Assembly: GCF_001465295.1 (NCBI RefSeq)
Contig: NZ_CP011034.1
Span: forward strand, 1,140,001 to 1,172,000
DNA from: Pseudoalteromonas translucida KMM 520
GTDB lineage: Bacteria > Pseudomonadota > Gammaproteobacteria > Enterobacterales > Alteromonadaceae
Reading direction: 5' to 3'
Length of the DNA: 32,000 bases
The position numbers were made by a program, and so were the translations under genes. Under the pieces are notes generated by a model. It had not been told where the DNA came from and made no database searches. It was given only the letters and a program-made list of their open reading frames with translations. Of this stretch, positions 1-10,515 are shown one piece after another; the stretch's first letter is position 1; the number at the start of each line of letters is the position of its first letter.

Positions 1-2
1 AA

Positions 3-866
<864 letters not shown>

Positions 867-892
867 TTTATAACCTATATTAGGTAATATTT

Positions 893-919
893 AAAAAGCG
901 ACTAAGGTCGCTTTTTTTA
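893..919 (+). terminator. Rho-independent terminator after kdsA
   Basis: Stem agcgac/gtcgct with loop taag, followed by a 7-T run. Confidence 0.8.
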
Positions 920-974
920 CACCTTAAATATATAATTCCATGCATAAGAAAAACTAATTCAAAGCGTGGTTATC

Positions 975-1871
975 ATGTCAAGACGGGTCCCTCCATTAAA
1001 CGCGCTTAAAGCCTTTGAAGCAGCAGCACGTCATTTAAGTTTTACCAAAGCTGCTGAAGAGCTATATGTAACGCAAGCCGCTGTAAGTCATCAAATAAAA
1101 ACATTAGAAGAACATTTAGGCTTAAAGCTATTTATACGCAGAAACCGCTCGCTATTATTAACCGAAGAAGGGCAGGGTTATTTTCTCGATATAAAAGAAA
1201 TATTTACCCAACTAATAGACGCTACCGAAAAATTACTAGCACGGGGTGCAAAAGGCTCTTTAACGGTAAGTTTAACGCCAAGTTTTGCGATTCAGTGGTT
1301 AGTACCCAGATTAAGTTTATTTAATGAGTTACACCCAGAAATAGACGTGCGAATAAAAGCGCAAGATCAAGACGAAAACTCTTTAACCGACGATGTCGAC
1401 GTCGCTATTTATTATGGCCGTGGGCATTGGAGTGGGGTGCAAACTTTTAAGTTACATACCGAGTATTTAGTGCCGCTATGTAGCCCGCTATTATTAAATG
1501 GCATTAAGCCACTTAATCAACCCAGTGATTTAGCGCACCATACCTTATTGCACGACACCACACGTAAAAATTGGAAAACATGGATGAAAACCGCCGGTGT
1601 ACGTAATGTGCAAGTTAACCAAGGGCCTATTTTTAGTCACTCATCTATGGTGTTACAAGCCGCAGTGCATGGCCAAGGTGTTGCTATAGGTAATAGTGTA
1701 CTCGCTAAGCCCGATATTGACGCCGGACGATTAGTGATCCCGTTTAATCATAGTTTAGAGAGTAAAAACGCTTATTATTTAGTGCTGCGCGAGTCGCAAA
1801 CAGAAATGGGTAAAATAGTGTCATTTAAAGAATGGATGCTGAGCTTAGTAGAGCAAGAACAAGAGTATTAA
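975..1871 (+). CDS. gcvA: LysR-family transcriptional regulator, glycine cleavage system activator-like
   Basis: The sequence from MSRRVPPLNALKAFEAAARHLSFTKAAEELYVTQAAVSHQIK onward closely parallels E. coli GcvA over its whole length. I prefer the ATG at 975 over the track GTG at 966. It is syntenic with ygdD and rlmM, as in E. coli. Confidence 0.85.
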   Translation: MSRRVPPLNALKAFEAAARHLSFTKAAEELYVTQAAVSHQIKTLEEHLGLKLFIRRNRSLLLTEEGQGYFLDIKEIFTQLIDATEKLLARGAKGSLTVSLTPSFAIQWLVPRLSLFNELHPEIDVRIKAQDQDENSLTDDVDVAIYYGRGHWSGVQTFKLHTEYLVPLCSPLLLNGIKPLNQPSDLAHHTLLHDTTRKNWKTWMKTAGVRNVQVNQGPIFSHSSMVLQAAVHGQGVAIGNSVLAKPDIDAGRLVIPFNHSLESKNAYYLVLRESQTEMGKIVSFKEWMLSLVEQEQEY

Positions 1872-1872
1872 T

Positions 1873-2505
1873 ATGATTAAATGGTTTAAAAGTACACAGC
1901 AGCCAGCTATAGCACAGTTTATTTTTGCCCATGGTGCAGGGGCAGGTAGCGACCATGAGTTTATGCAAAATATGGCACAACTCATTAGTGAGCAAGGGAT
2001 TGATGTTGGCTTATTTGATTTTGAATATATGCAAATAGCGAAACAAACCAATAAACGCCGCCCACCCGATCGCGCGCCCAAATTGCTTAGCTACTATGAG
2101 CAAATACTTAGCCATGCACAGCCAGGGTTGCCGTTATTTATTGGTGGTAAATCTATGGGGGGGCGAATGGCGTCAATGCTTGCCTGTACTAGCGAGCATG
2201 CTATTTTAGGTGTATTAGCGTTTGGTTATCCGTTTCATCCGCCAGGCAAGCCTGAAAAACTACGCACCGATCACTTTGCTGATATAGGCTGCCCATTTTT
2301 AGTATTACAAGGTGAGCGCGATACGTTTGGTACTCGTGAGGAGCTAGCTACTATGTTAATGCCCAAGCAACCAGAATATTGCTGGTTACCCGATGGCGAC
2401 CACTCACTAAAACCGCGTAAAAAAAGTGGCGTTAGTGAGGCGCAAAATCGAGCAACTGCAGTGCAAAGTGCTGTACGCTTTATAAATAAGTATTCGAGAG
2501 AGTAA
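1873..2505 (+). CDS. Alpha/beta-fold hydrolase (dienelactone hydrolase-like), function unknown
   Basis: 210 aa. Nucleophile elbow GGKSMGG, later LQGERD and DGDHS consistent with a Ser-Asp-His triad. Starts 1 nt after the gcvA stop. Confidence 0.7.
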   Translation: MIKWFKSTQQPAIAQFIFAHGAGAGSDHEFMQNMAQLISEQGIDVGLFDFEYMQIAKQTNKRRPPDRAPKLLSYYEQILSHAQPGLPLFIGGKSMGGRMASMLACTSEHAILGVLAFGYPFHPPGKPEKLRTDHFADIGCPFLVLQGERDTFGTREELATMLMPKQPEYCWLPDGDHSLKPRKKSGVSEAQNRATAVQSAVRFINKYSRE

Positions 2506-2508
2506 TAA

Positions 2509-2877
2509 ATGATTAAATTATTTTTAATGACCGGGAGCTTTTTTTGTATGCTGTCGGTAATGCTAGGGGCGTTTGCCGCTCACGGTTTAAAAAGCCGACT
2601 GTCGGAGTACTCATTAGGTGTGTTTAAAACCGCGGCCGAGTACCAAATGGTGCATGGATTAGCGCTAATAGCTGTGGCGGTGTTAATTAAGTGGGGTATA
2701 AACCTCAATTGGGCTGGCGGTTTTTTTATTGCGGGCACACTGCTTTTTAGTGGCAGTTTATACTTACTTGCCATAACAGGCATGAAGTGGCTAGGCCCAA
2801 TAACCCCATTGGGTGGTTTATGCTTTATTATTGGTTGGATTGTTATTTTAGTGCAAGTTGCACGATTTAAGTTTTAA
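2509..2877 (+). CDS. ygdD: DUF423-type small inner membrane protein (YgdD-like)
   Basis: 122 aa with four hydrophobic segments. Sits immediately upstream of rlmM, as in E. coli. Confidence 0.75.
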   Translation: MIKLFLMTGSFFCMLSVMLGAFAAHGLKSRLSEYSLGVFKTAAEYQMVHGLALIAVAVLIKWGINLNWAGGFFIAGTLLFSGSLYLLAITGMKWLGPITPLGGLCFIIGWIVILVQVARFKF

Positions 2878-2886
2878 AGGGTTAAT

Positions 2887-3972
2887 ATGTCTAGTGTTGT
2901 GATTTACTGTCGTAGTGGGTTTGAAAACGATGCCGCTGCTGAAATAACGTTCCACGCTGCCGAGCAAGGTTTTGCCGGTTATGTTAAAGCAAAGCCAAAT
3001 ACCGGTTATGTTATTTATGAGTGTTTTGACGCGCAGCATGGCGACGAAATAATTAAAAAAGTTGATTTTAAAAACATGGTGTTTGCTCGTCAATGGTTTG
3101 CCGGTACGCTGATCGAAAACATGCCAGTAGAAGATCGTGTAGGGGCCGTTGTAGAGGCTGCTAAAGATTTTACCTTGTGCTCTGAGCTACGTGTAGAAAC
3201 CCCCGATACCAATGAGGGAAAAGAGCTTTTAACCTTTTGTAAAAAAATATCAACACCCCTTAAAAAAGCCCTCGAAAAACGTAATATTGTACTGCGCGAG
3301 CCAAAAGCAAACCGCCCAGTAATGCATGTACTGTTTTTAACTAACAACACCGCTTATGTGGGTTACTCGTATAGCTTTAATAACTCGCCATTTTTTATGG
3401 GTATTTTGCGTTTACGTATGCCAAGCGATGCACCAAGCCGCTCTACTTTAAAATTAGATGAAGCATTTAATGTGTTTATTCCAGAACAACAACGCGAGTC
3501 ACGCGTTGCAGCCGGAATGCGCAGTGTTGACTTAGGGGCGTGCCCAGGTGGCTGGACTTATCAGTTAGTACGCCGCGGTATGTTTGTAAGCGCGATAGAT
3601 AATGGCCCAATGAACGACGATTTAATGCAAACAGGGCAGGTAAAACATTTTAGAGCCGATGGTTTTAAATATCGCCCAGAAAAACGCAACATTACTTGGT
3701 TAGTATGCGACATGGTAGAAAAGCCAACTAAAGTAACCAGCCTAATGATTGACTGGGCAGTAAATGCATATGCTAAAGAGCTTATTTTTAACTTAAAGCT
3801 GCCAATGAAAAAACGCTTTGATAGTGTTTACGAGTGCTTAAGCATGATCAGAGCTGAACTGGAAAAATACGGTATAAGCTACGAGTTACAAGCTAAGCAT
3901 TTATATCATGATCGCGAGGAAGTGACCGTGCATTTAAATGTGACCAAAGTGCCACAAAGCTTATATAGCTAA
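2887..3972 (+). CDS. rlmM: 23S rRNA (cytidine2498-2'-O)-methyltransferase
   Basis: 361 aa. N-terminal THUMP-like region (YCRSGFE) and SAM-binding DLGACPGGWT motif typical of RlmM/YgdE. Confidence 0.9.
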   Translation: MSSVVIYCRSGFENDAAAEITFHAAEQGFAGYVKAKPNTGYVIYECFDAQHGDEIIKKVDFKNMVFARQWFAGTLIENMPVEDRVGAVVEAAKDFTLCSELRVETPDTNEGKELLTFCKKISTPLKKALEKRNIVLREPKANRPVMHVLFLTNNTAYVGYSYSFNNSPFFMGILRLRMPSDAPSRSTLKLDEAFNVFIPEQQRESRVAAGMRSVDLGACPGGWTYQLVRRGMFVSAIDNGPMNDDLMQTGQVKHFRADGFKYRPEKRNITWLVCDMVEKPTKVTSLMIDWAVNAYAKELIFNLKLPMKKRFDSVYECLSMIRAELEKYGISYELQAKHLYHDREEVTVHLNVTKVPQSLYS

Positions 3973-4008
3973 TGATGAATTAGTAAATAACCTGAGTTTA
4001 GGTTAAAT

Positions 4009-4036
4009 AAAAAATGGGTCAAGCGACCCATTTTTT
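4009..4036. terminator. Bidirectional rho-independent terminator between rlmM(+) and cysZ(-)
   Basis: Stem atgggtc/gacccat with loop aagc. An A-run lies on the left and a T-run on the right. Confidence 0.85.
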
Positions 4037-4044
4037 ATGACATA

Positions 4045-4776
4045 TTATTGATTTCGGTATTGGCTGCGAAAGTTATCAACCCATAATTTGGTGCCACCAC
4101 AAACAGCAACAGGCATTACAATTAAATTTACCAACGGAATGGCTGTTAGCAACATTACTGCAAAACCAAACCCGTACGATAAACCTTGCTTGCTTTGTAA
4201 ATCGGCTTTCATTTGCTTAAAGCTGATTTTATGATTATCGAACGCGTAATCTTGGTATTGCACGGCAAACATCCAACACGAAAAAAGCACCCACAGTATT
4301 TGCCCTATAACCGGTAACACCCATAACAATATAAAAAAGCCAATGGCGCGGGGAAGGTAATAGCAAAGTTTTGTCCACTCTCGGCCAAGCATGCGTGGTA
4401 CATCTTTTAATAACTCAGCCAAGCCATCATCATTAATTTTTTGACCTGTTAAATGCAACTCAACTTTTTCACTGAGTAACCCATTAAAAGGCGCGGCAAT
4501 AAAGTTTGTGATCACAGTAAATAACATACTGTAGCTAAACAGCACTATTAACAGGGCAATGGGCCACATTAACCACTCAAGCCAGCTTAACCACTCGGGC
4601 AGCATATTATTTATGTAGCTAAAACTGTCGCTTAACCAGCCAAATAAAAAAAACAACGAGCTACCAAAAAGTAAAATATTAATTAACAGCGGAATAAACA
4701 CAAAACGCTTTAATCCTTTTTGAGTAATTAATTTAAACCCCGAAAAAAAATACTCCATACCTTGTATGATCTGCAC
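4045..4776 (-). CDS. cysZ: Sulfate transporter CysZ
   Basis: 243 aa polytopic membrane protein. The N-terminal FFSGFKLITQKGLKRFVFIPLLINILLF region is typical of CysZ. Confidence 0.85.
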   Translation of the reverse strand: MQIIQGMEYFFSGFKLITQKGLKRFVFIPLLINILLFGSSLFFLFGWLSDSFSYINNMLPEWLSWLEWLMWPIALLIVLFSYSMLFTVITNFIAAPFNGLLSEKVELHLTGQKINDDGLAELLKDVPRMLGREWTKLCYYLPRAIGFFILLWVLPVIGQILWVLFSCWMFAVQYQDYAFDNHKISFKQMKADLQSKQGLSYGFGFAVMLLTAIPLVNLIVMPVAVCGGTKLWVDNFRSQYRNQ

Positions 4777-5109
4777 AACTACCTCAAAAAATATTTTTCA
4801 TTTGCACTAGTATAAATAGCTGAGTAATTTTAAACAGTATTTTTAGGTAACAAAGTGTTTAAGTAAAATAATAACAACGGCCAGCTTACTACTTTATTCA
4901 TCCTGCTTAATAAATAATATTTAGTTTATAAGCCTATATATTGGCGCTATGGCGTAACTAAATGCTAACTTAGCTTGATTTTTGGGCAGTGCAAAGCGTA
5001 CTATAGCTGATTTAGCCACTCTAGGCTTAAGCATCGCTTTGATGCATTGTGGAGAAATTAGTAAAGTTGCCGCGTCAGTGCGTTGCAAAAATAAAGGGTA
5101 TAAATAGTG

Positions 5110-5463
5110 ATGTACAAAAATCAGGAAGTAATTTTACGATTGCGCGCTAATATTCCAGCGTTTGAATGTGTAAAAGGATGCCACGACTGCTGCGGGCCAG
5201 TAACAACGTCTTCAGAGGAAATGTCGCGTTTACCTGTAAAAACGGATGCCGAGCATGAAGCGGCATTAAACGAGTTCAATTGTGTACATCTTGGCCCCAA
5301 TGGCTGTACTGTATATGACGAGCGGCCATTAATTTGTCGTTTATTTGGTACTACACCAAGAATGCCTTGCCCAAATGATCGTCGACCAAATGAGCCAGTT
5401 GACCCTAAAATTGAGCGTGAAGTACATCACTTTATAGCAAACACGCGTCAAGTATTAGTGTAA
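5110..5463 (+). CDS. YkgJ-family cysteine-cluster (Zn/Fe-chelating) protein
   Basis: 117 aa. CVKGCHDCCGP plus later CxxxxxC and C-rich motifs. I prefer the ATG at 5110 over the GTG at 5107. Confidence 0.7.
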   Translation: MYKNQEVILRLRANIPAFECVKGCHDCCGPVTTSSEEMSRLPVKTDAEHEAALNEFNCVHLGPNGCTVYDERPLICRLFGTTPRMPCPNDRRPNEPVDPKIEREVHHFIANTRQVLV

Positions 5464-5487
5464 GTATTGGTATTTATTAAAGTAATT

Positions 5488-5511
5488 AAGCGCTTATTCA
5501 GCGCTTTTTTT
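5488..5511 (+). terminator. Rho-independent terminator
   Basis: Stem aagcgct/agcgctt with loop tattc, followed by a T-run. Confidence 0.8.
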
Positions 5512-6034
5512 ATGTGTGTTATACGCGTTATTAATAATTTAAAAACCATCAATAAGTTTATTCTAAACACTGCCCTAGTTATTTTTACAAAAAATGCTAT
5601 CAATACATATTAAATATATTGCGAGATTAATAATGCATTTGACTATTAATATACTTAGCCTTATGCAGCTTGTTTTACAGCTACACTTTTGCATCTCTCT
5701 ATTTATATTACGATTTCTGTTTGCCTAGTTCCTTCAAAATTGTTGTTTTATATTTGTTTATTATTAAAAATAGCTGTAAGCAAGGCTTTGCTATTGTGTA
5801 AATTCACTATTAATAATTAGAGTACCGTTGGATTAGGTTGCTGAAAAGGGTAAAATATTCACAAATTGGCAGTTAAGATATTTGTTATGGCATTTTCTAA
5901 ACTCGAAATAAAGCAAGATCAATAGATAATTTAACCTTTTGATTAGCGTCGCTTCATGGTGAAATTTCGTATTTAGGGTGGGTGTTGTGGTATGTCGCTA
6001 TGTCGGTAACTAAAAATCCATCAGGAGACGATAA

Positions 6035-7594
6035 ATGAGTACCACTGGAGTAACAAAACAACATGAAGATGAGCATTCATCTACAACAAAGTATTTGGCA
6101 GGGGTTGATATACCGGTATTTTTAATCAGTGGTGGCATTCTTGTGCTATTTGCTGTGCTAGCACTTTATGATATTGATTTGATGTCGGGTTGGATCAATA
6201 CCGCTTTTGCTTTTTCTACTAAAACGTTTGGTGCCTTTTGGCAAATATTATTGCTTTCGACCTTTATAATTGGGTTGTTTTTAGCCTTTGGACGTACTGG
6301 GAAAGTGGTATTAGGTGGCTTAAAAAAGCCAGAAATTACTACCTTTAAGTGGATCAGCATTATTATGTGTACACTCCTTGCTGGTGGCGGGGTGTTTTGG
6401 GCTGCTGCTGAGCCAATGGCACATTTTATTTCGCCGCCGCCAATTTTTGGTGGTGAGTCAGGCACTAAAGAGGCTGCATTTAATGCTTTAGCGCAAAGCT
6501 TTATGCATTGGGGATTTTTAGCCTGGGCTATTTTAGGCAGCCTGACTGGCATAGTGTATATGCATTTACATTACGAAAAAGGTTTACCACTTAAGCCGCG
6601 TACTTTGTTGTATCCGGTATTTGGCGATCGCGTAATGAAAGGCACATTTGGTGCTATTGTCGATTCGTGTTGTGTTATAGCTGTAGTAGCAGGCACGGTA
6701 GGCCCTATTGGCTTTTTAGGCTTGCAAGTAAGTTTTGGTTTAGAAAAACTATTTGGTATTCCAGATACTTATACCACTCAAGTGGCCATTTTATTTAGTT
6801 TAATTGCAATTTATACTCTATCTGCCGTAAGTGGTGTTACTAAAGGGATTCAATTACTCAGTCGCTTTAATGTAATTTTAGCCGTGGCGTTAATGCTGTT
6901 TATTTTGCTGATGGGGCCTACAGCCTTTATTTTTGATAGCTATATTCATTCGTTTGGGCTTTATATTAATAACTTTATTCCTATGGCCACTTTTCGTGCC
7001 GATACCGCTTGGTTAGACTGGTGGACAGTATTTTTTTGGGGCTGGTTTTTAGGTTATGGACCTTTAATGGCTATGTTTGTTGCACGAATTTCGCGCGGCC
7101 GTACTATTCGTGAAATGATCACGCTTATTTCAATAATTGCCCCTGTTATTACTTGTTTTTGGTTTACGATAGTAGGTGGTTCAGGAATATTTTTTGAGTT
7201 AGCAAACCCGGGTGTTATTTCAGAACCCTTTGCGGGCTTAAATTTACCTGCTGCACTGTTGGCCATTACTGAGCAGCTGCCTATGGGCTTTGTTATATCG
7301 GTATTGTTTTTAATTTTAACCACAATATTTGTAGCAACCACAGGTGACTCTATGACCTACTCGGTGTCTATGGTAATGACGGGTAACGATCATCCGCAAA
7401 CATCCATTAGAGTGTTTTGGGGCATTATGATGGGGGTTATGGCAGCAATATTAATTTCGATAGGTTCAGGTGGTATTTCTGCACTGCAGTCGTTTATTGT
7501 AGTAACTGCCGTACCTGTATCTTTTGTGTTGTTACCATCACTTTGGACGGCCCCACAAATTGCGAAAAAAATGGCTACTGAGCAAGGTTTATAA
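6035..7594 (+). CDS. BCCT-family (betaine/carnitine/choline-type) transporter, paralog 1
   Basis: 519 aa with about 12 TM segments. BCCT signature region WTVFFWGWFLGYGPLMAMFVARISRGRTIRE. SD aggag lies 7 nt upstream. Confidence 0.9.
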   Translation: MSTTGVTKQHEDEHSSTTKYLAGVDIPVFLISGGILVLFAVLALYDIDLMSGWINTAFAFSTKTFGAFWQILLLSTFIIGLFLAFGRTGKVVLGGLKKPEITTFKWISIIMCTLLAGGGVFWAAAEPMAHFISPPPIFGGESGTKEAAFNALAQSFMHWGFLAWAILGSLTGIVYMHLHYEKGLPLKPRTLLYPVFGDRVMKGTFGAIVDSCCVIAVVAGTVGPIGFLGLQVSFGLEKLFGIPDTYTTQVAILFSLIAIYTLSAVSGVTKGIQLLSRFNVILAVALMLFILLMGPTAFIFDSYIHSFGLYINNFIPMATFRADTAWLDWWTVFFWGWFLGYGPLMAMFVARISRGRTIREMITLISIIAPVITCFWFTIVGGSGIFFELANPGVISEPFAGLNLPAALLAITEQLPMGFVISVLFLILTTIFVATTGDSMTYSVSMVMTGNDHPQTSIRVFWGIMMGVMAAILISIGSGGISALQSFIVVTAVPVSFVLLPSLWTAPQIAKKMATEQGL

Positions 7595-7620
7595 GCAATA
7601 GACGTTAAAGCTAAATAAAG

Positions 7621-7657
7621 GATTGATTGCCCAACGAGAGGCAATCAATCTTATTTA
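7621..7657. terminator. Bidirectional terminator between BCCT-1(+) and the 245-aa gene(-)
   Basis: 11-bp stem gattgattgcc/ggcaatcaatc with loop caacgaga, followed by T-rich sequence. Confidence 0.75.
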
Positions 7658-7661
7658 CAGG

Positions 7662-8399
7662 TTAGCGCCCCCCTGCATCGAGTCTAGAGCGATCGGTGTT
7701 TTCTACCAAGACTCCCGCACCGAGATAATTTATTTTTAGCCAAATATCTTCGTCAATTTCGATCCCATGATTAACTGAGTGATTTTTGTTTTTTTCAATT
7801 TTTTCAGCGCTAATCATATGACTGTCATCACTTTGAAGTGAAGTAGTTAAATCGACCCTTGAACTACAAATAATGGTTAACGCTTGCTTGTCATCATCAG
7901 TGGTTATTAAGTTGGTTACACCGCTGCTATAGCTAGGATAACGTCTACCCGAAAGAATAGCTGCAGTATGTTCGGTAATTATATCGCTGCCATTTTTCCA
8001 ATAAGCCGCAGTACTGATCCCTCTGCGACCTCGGTCGGTCAATGCTTTTAGTACAAACATTCTGTTATGACAGTTATGCACAGTTACGGTTGCAATACCT
8101 GTTTCGAGTGCTTTTGCATGGGCCAGATCTACTGCTGCAGCAATACAATTTAGTGCACTACGATTGTGCGCATCAATAATTGCAGAAGTGCTATCTTCAT
8201 AAATTACATTACTTAGCGGCTTGTCAGCATCATCACAAAGGTATGGCAGCGCCTGGCGTAATTCTTTTAAGCCATTTAAACCATGTTTTTCTAACCACAA
8301 CACCATGTTTGCAGCATCTTCATAGTTACCAACAAAATAGCCACTAGCTTCAAAACACCTACGTAGCGAGGCTTTAAGTTCATTCATAGAAATATTCAC
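7662..8399 (-). CDS. Conserved-looking hypothetical protein, 245 aa; N-terminus resembles the Ldh_2 (malate/L-lactate/DpkA-type dehydrogenase) fold pattern but is about 100 aa shorter
   Basis: GTG start with an AAGGAG SD 7 nt upstream; the SD overlaps the stop codon of the upstream 569-aa gene. The pattern ELKASLRRCFEASGxxxxxAxxxAxxLxxxxLxG...TVTVHNCHN recalls Ldh_2 N-termini. This is motif-level only and needs an HMM check. Confidence 0.6.
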   Translation of the reverse strand: MNISMNELKASLRRCFEASGYFVGNYEDAANMVLWLEKHGLNGLKELRQALPYLCDDADKPLSNVIYEDSTSAIIDAHNRSALNCIAAAVDLAHAKALETGIATVTVHNCHNRMFVLKALTDRGRRGISTAAYWKNGSDIITEHTAAILSGRRYPSYSSGVTNLITTDDDKQALTIICSSRVDLTTSLQSDDSHMISAEKIEKNKNHSVNHGIEIDEDIWLKINYLGAGVLVENTDRSRLDAGGR

Positions 8400-8410
8400 A
8401 AAGAATCTCC

Positions 8411-10120
8411 TTATTGTTTTGGTGTTAATGGCATAAACCAGTCATCAATAAATGGTTTACCAATGTCTTCAAGTAATGGTGCGCCTTGAAACATGGTATT
8501 TCTTACCCATAATCGAGATCGAGGATCAAATTTACTCACGCCAAAAAAAGCAAGTTTACAGCGCAGTAAATGTATAGGTAACACATCGCGATCGAGTAAG
8601 TTGGCCTGGATATCACCATATACACTGCGGTTCATGCTTTGAATACGCCTTACAATACCGCGTAACTTAGGGTGAGCTACCATAAAGCGCGCAGTAATGT
8701 GCTCCGGGTTGTTTACTATATATTCAACCAGCATGTTATAGCATTTGCGCACCGCGTAACCTACGGCAAGCGCCATCGCTTTCTTTTTACCTTCTACGTC
8801 GGCAATACTACCGAGGCGAGGTTCCATTTTCTCTTCTGAGCGATACCAATAAGTTTCTTTAGCGCCCTCAGCGTCAAAGTCTATAGCCAGCGCCCAATCA
8901 TAACGTTGTTCAATAACTGCTTTTAACTGCTGTAATGGCATAAGTGGATCTAAATCTAAAAACTCATCGGAACAGTGAAAGTCTTCAAGCTCATCAACTA
9001 AATCCGGATAAATTTCTAACATAATAGAAACTAACATTTCCTGACCTTGTAAAGAGCAGTGTTGTTCACTATAAGCAATTAACTCATCCCAACTATTAAA
9101 GCCGCCAGTAACCAGTGCTTTAAGTTTTTGCATGTCTTGGACGACAATTTTGTTTAGAGCTGTTTGCGATGCATCTTCAGTAATGGTTTCATGTGTGTAC
9201 TGAACGGCACGGGTTATTAACTCAACCGTTAATTGTTGAGTATAAGCAGTAATTGCACCCAGTGCTCTGATACGAGCTAGTGCGAGTTCTCGCATAGATA
9301 TCCACTGGTTTATGAGTAGTGGATGATTTACTAAATAGGGTGCCATGCCTAGCCCGGTAGAATTACCAATGCCAAAATAACGTTTAATATCATGGCGCAT
9401 AGGGGTAAATGTGGCAGCATTACGGTGGCGGGCAATATGCTCTACTTGCAGTAAACTAAAGTTACGTAGCATAAAACAAACAAACATCTCACTGGCAAAT
9501 GGGCGTGCAAAGTCAGGAAATTTTTGTTGAACTTTTTCCCAATCAGCCATACCCAATTTACCACTGCCATAAACAGCAGTAGTGCGATACAAATAGCCTA
9601 CTTCTGCTATTTTTGCTACTTCGGGTTGCTTACCGCTGGCTAGTTGCTCAACCACATAATCAAAGTTACGGGCACTGCGGTTAGCACGCGATAACACAAA
9701 AACCCGCGAGTCAACGCGTCCGGCTTCTTGTTTTGGTACATTTTGCTTTAACTGGACAACATATTCTGGGGTCACTTGGCCTTCAACTAACGCCATAGTT
9801 AAATCCCACTTTGTAGCAATTACGCGATCATTACGCTCTTCTGACAGTAGCTGTTCAGAAAAAAGTACAAAACTAAAGAATCCATCGGGTGCTTGTACTT
9901 CATAAACAACCGTACCAAATCCTTGTTCATTTAGATCTAAAGTGGCAAGTTCAATTTTCCAACGCTCGCGAAAAATTCGACGTACCAAAGTGCGCATAAA
10001 GCTTAGGCGGCTTTGATGTAAAGAGCCTAACCTTTCTAGTTTCATAACTTGACTGGCAGGGCGCAGTGGCAGTGCGTTGTCGCCCCAAAGTGAAGCGTGA
10101 ATATCGGCATGTTTAGTCAT
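8411..10120 (-). CDS. Hypothetical protein, 569 aa, no family recognised
   Basis: Long uninterrupted ORF with normal composition and no TM segments. Translationally coupled to the 245-aa gene downstream. Confidence 0.7.
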   Translation of the reverse strand: MTKHADIHASLWGDNALPLRPASQVMKLERLGSLHQSRLSFMRTLVRRIFRERWKIELATLDLNEQGFGTVVYEVQAPDGFFSFVLFSEQLLSEERNDRVIATKWDLTMALVEGQVTPEYVVQLKQNVPKQEAGRVDSRVFVLSRANRSARNFDYVVEQLASGKQPEVAKIAEVGYLYRTTAVYGSGKLGMADWEKVQQKFPDFARPFASEMFVCFMLRNFSLLQVEHIARHRNAATFTPMRHDIKRYFGIGNSTGLGMAPYLVNHPLLINQWISMRELALARIRALGAITAYTQQLTVELITRAVQYTHETITEDASQTALNKIVVQDMQKLKALVTGGFNSWDELIAYSEQHCSLQGQEMLVSIMLEIYPDLVDELEDFHCSDEFLDLDPLMPLQQLKAVIEQRYDWALAIDFDAEGAKETYWYRSEEKMEPRLGSIADVEGKKKAMALAVGYAVRKCYNMLVEYIVNNPEHITARFMVAHPKLRGIVRRIQSMNRSVYGDIQANLLDRDVLPIHLLRCKLAFFGVSKFDPRSRLWVRNTMFQGAPLLEDIGKPFIDDWFMPLTPKQ

Positions 10121-10306
10121 GTTAATGATCTCATATTATACCGTTTGAGTACGTTTGATTGATCACACGTTGCGCGTAACTGGGATTAAGTGTTAACCAA
10201 TTTAAATGGTATAAATAATGTGTACTCAAAGTGGTGCTATTTTACTGGTGGCGCCATTTTTGACCAATAGCTGGAATTAGCACAAGTCAAAAAAGTCTAT
10301 CTATCG

Positions 10307-10321
10307 ATAAGTAAAACTTAT
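10307..10321. promoter_or_regulatory. Putative LysR-type operator (ATAAG-N5-CTTAT, contains T-N11-A) upstream of the 569/245-aa operon
   Basis: The sequence ataagtaaaacttat is a perfect dyad, identical in both half-sites to the site at 11417. Confidence 0.5.
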
Positions 10322-10515
10322 TGTTGCGGACTGTTTTTTGATTCTATTGAAGTATTTATATATTAAAATTGTTTTAAATGTAACTTAATAACGTTAGTTA
10401 GCGTGTTTCTTGTTGTTTGTTTTGTTAAGTTGAATTTAGTGATCATCTAGTTAAAAAGTTAATCACTATCGCAAAGCATATTAGGTTTGTAACTCATTAT
10501 ACGTGCTCTGGGGCA

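Noticed and set aside
6166-7644. Antisense ORFs inside BCCT-1 (6166-6552, 7054-7341, 7390-7644). Matching antisense ORFs occur inside BCCT-2 (14180-14575, 15068-15355), so they appear conserved.
   Set aside because: Their conservation is a by-product of the gene duplication. They lie opposite a well-supported transporter frame, have no SD, and translate to low-complexity sequence.
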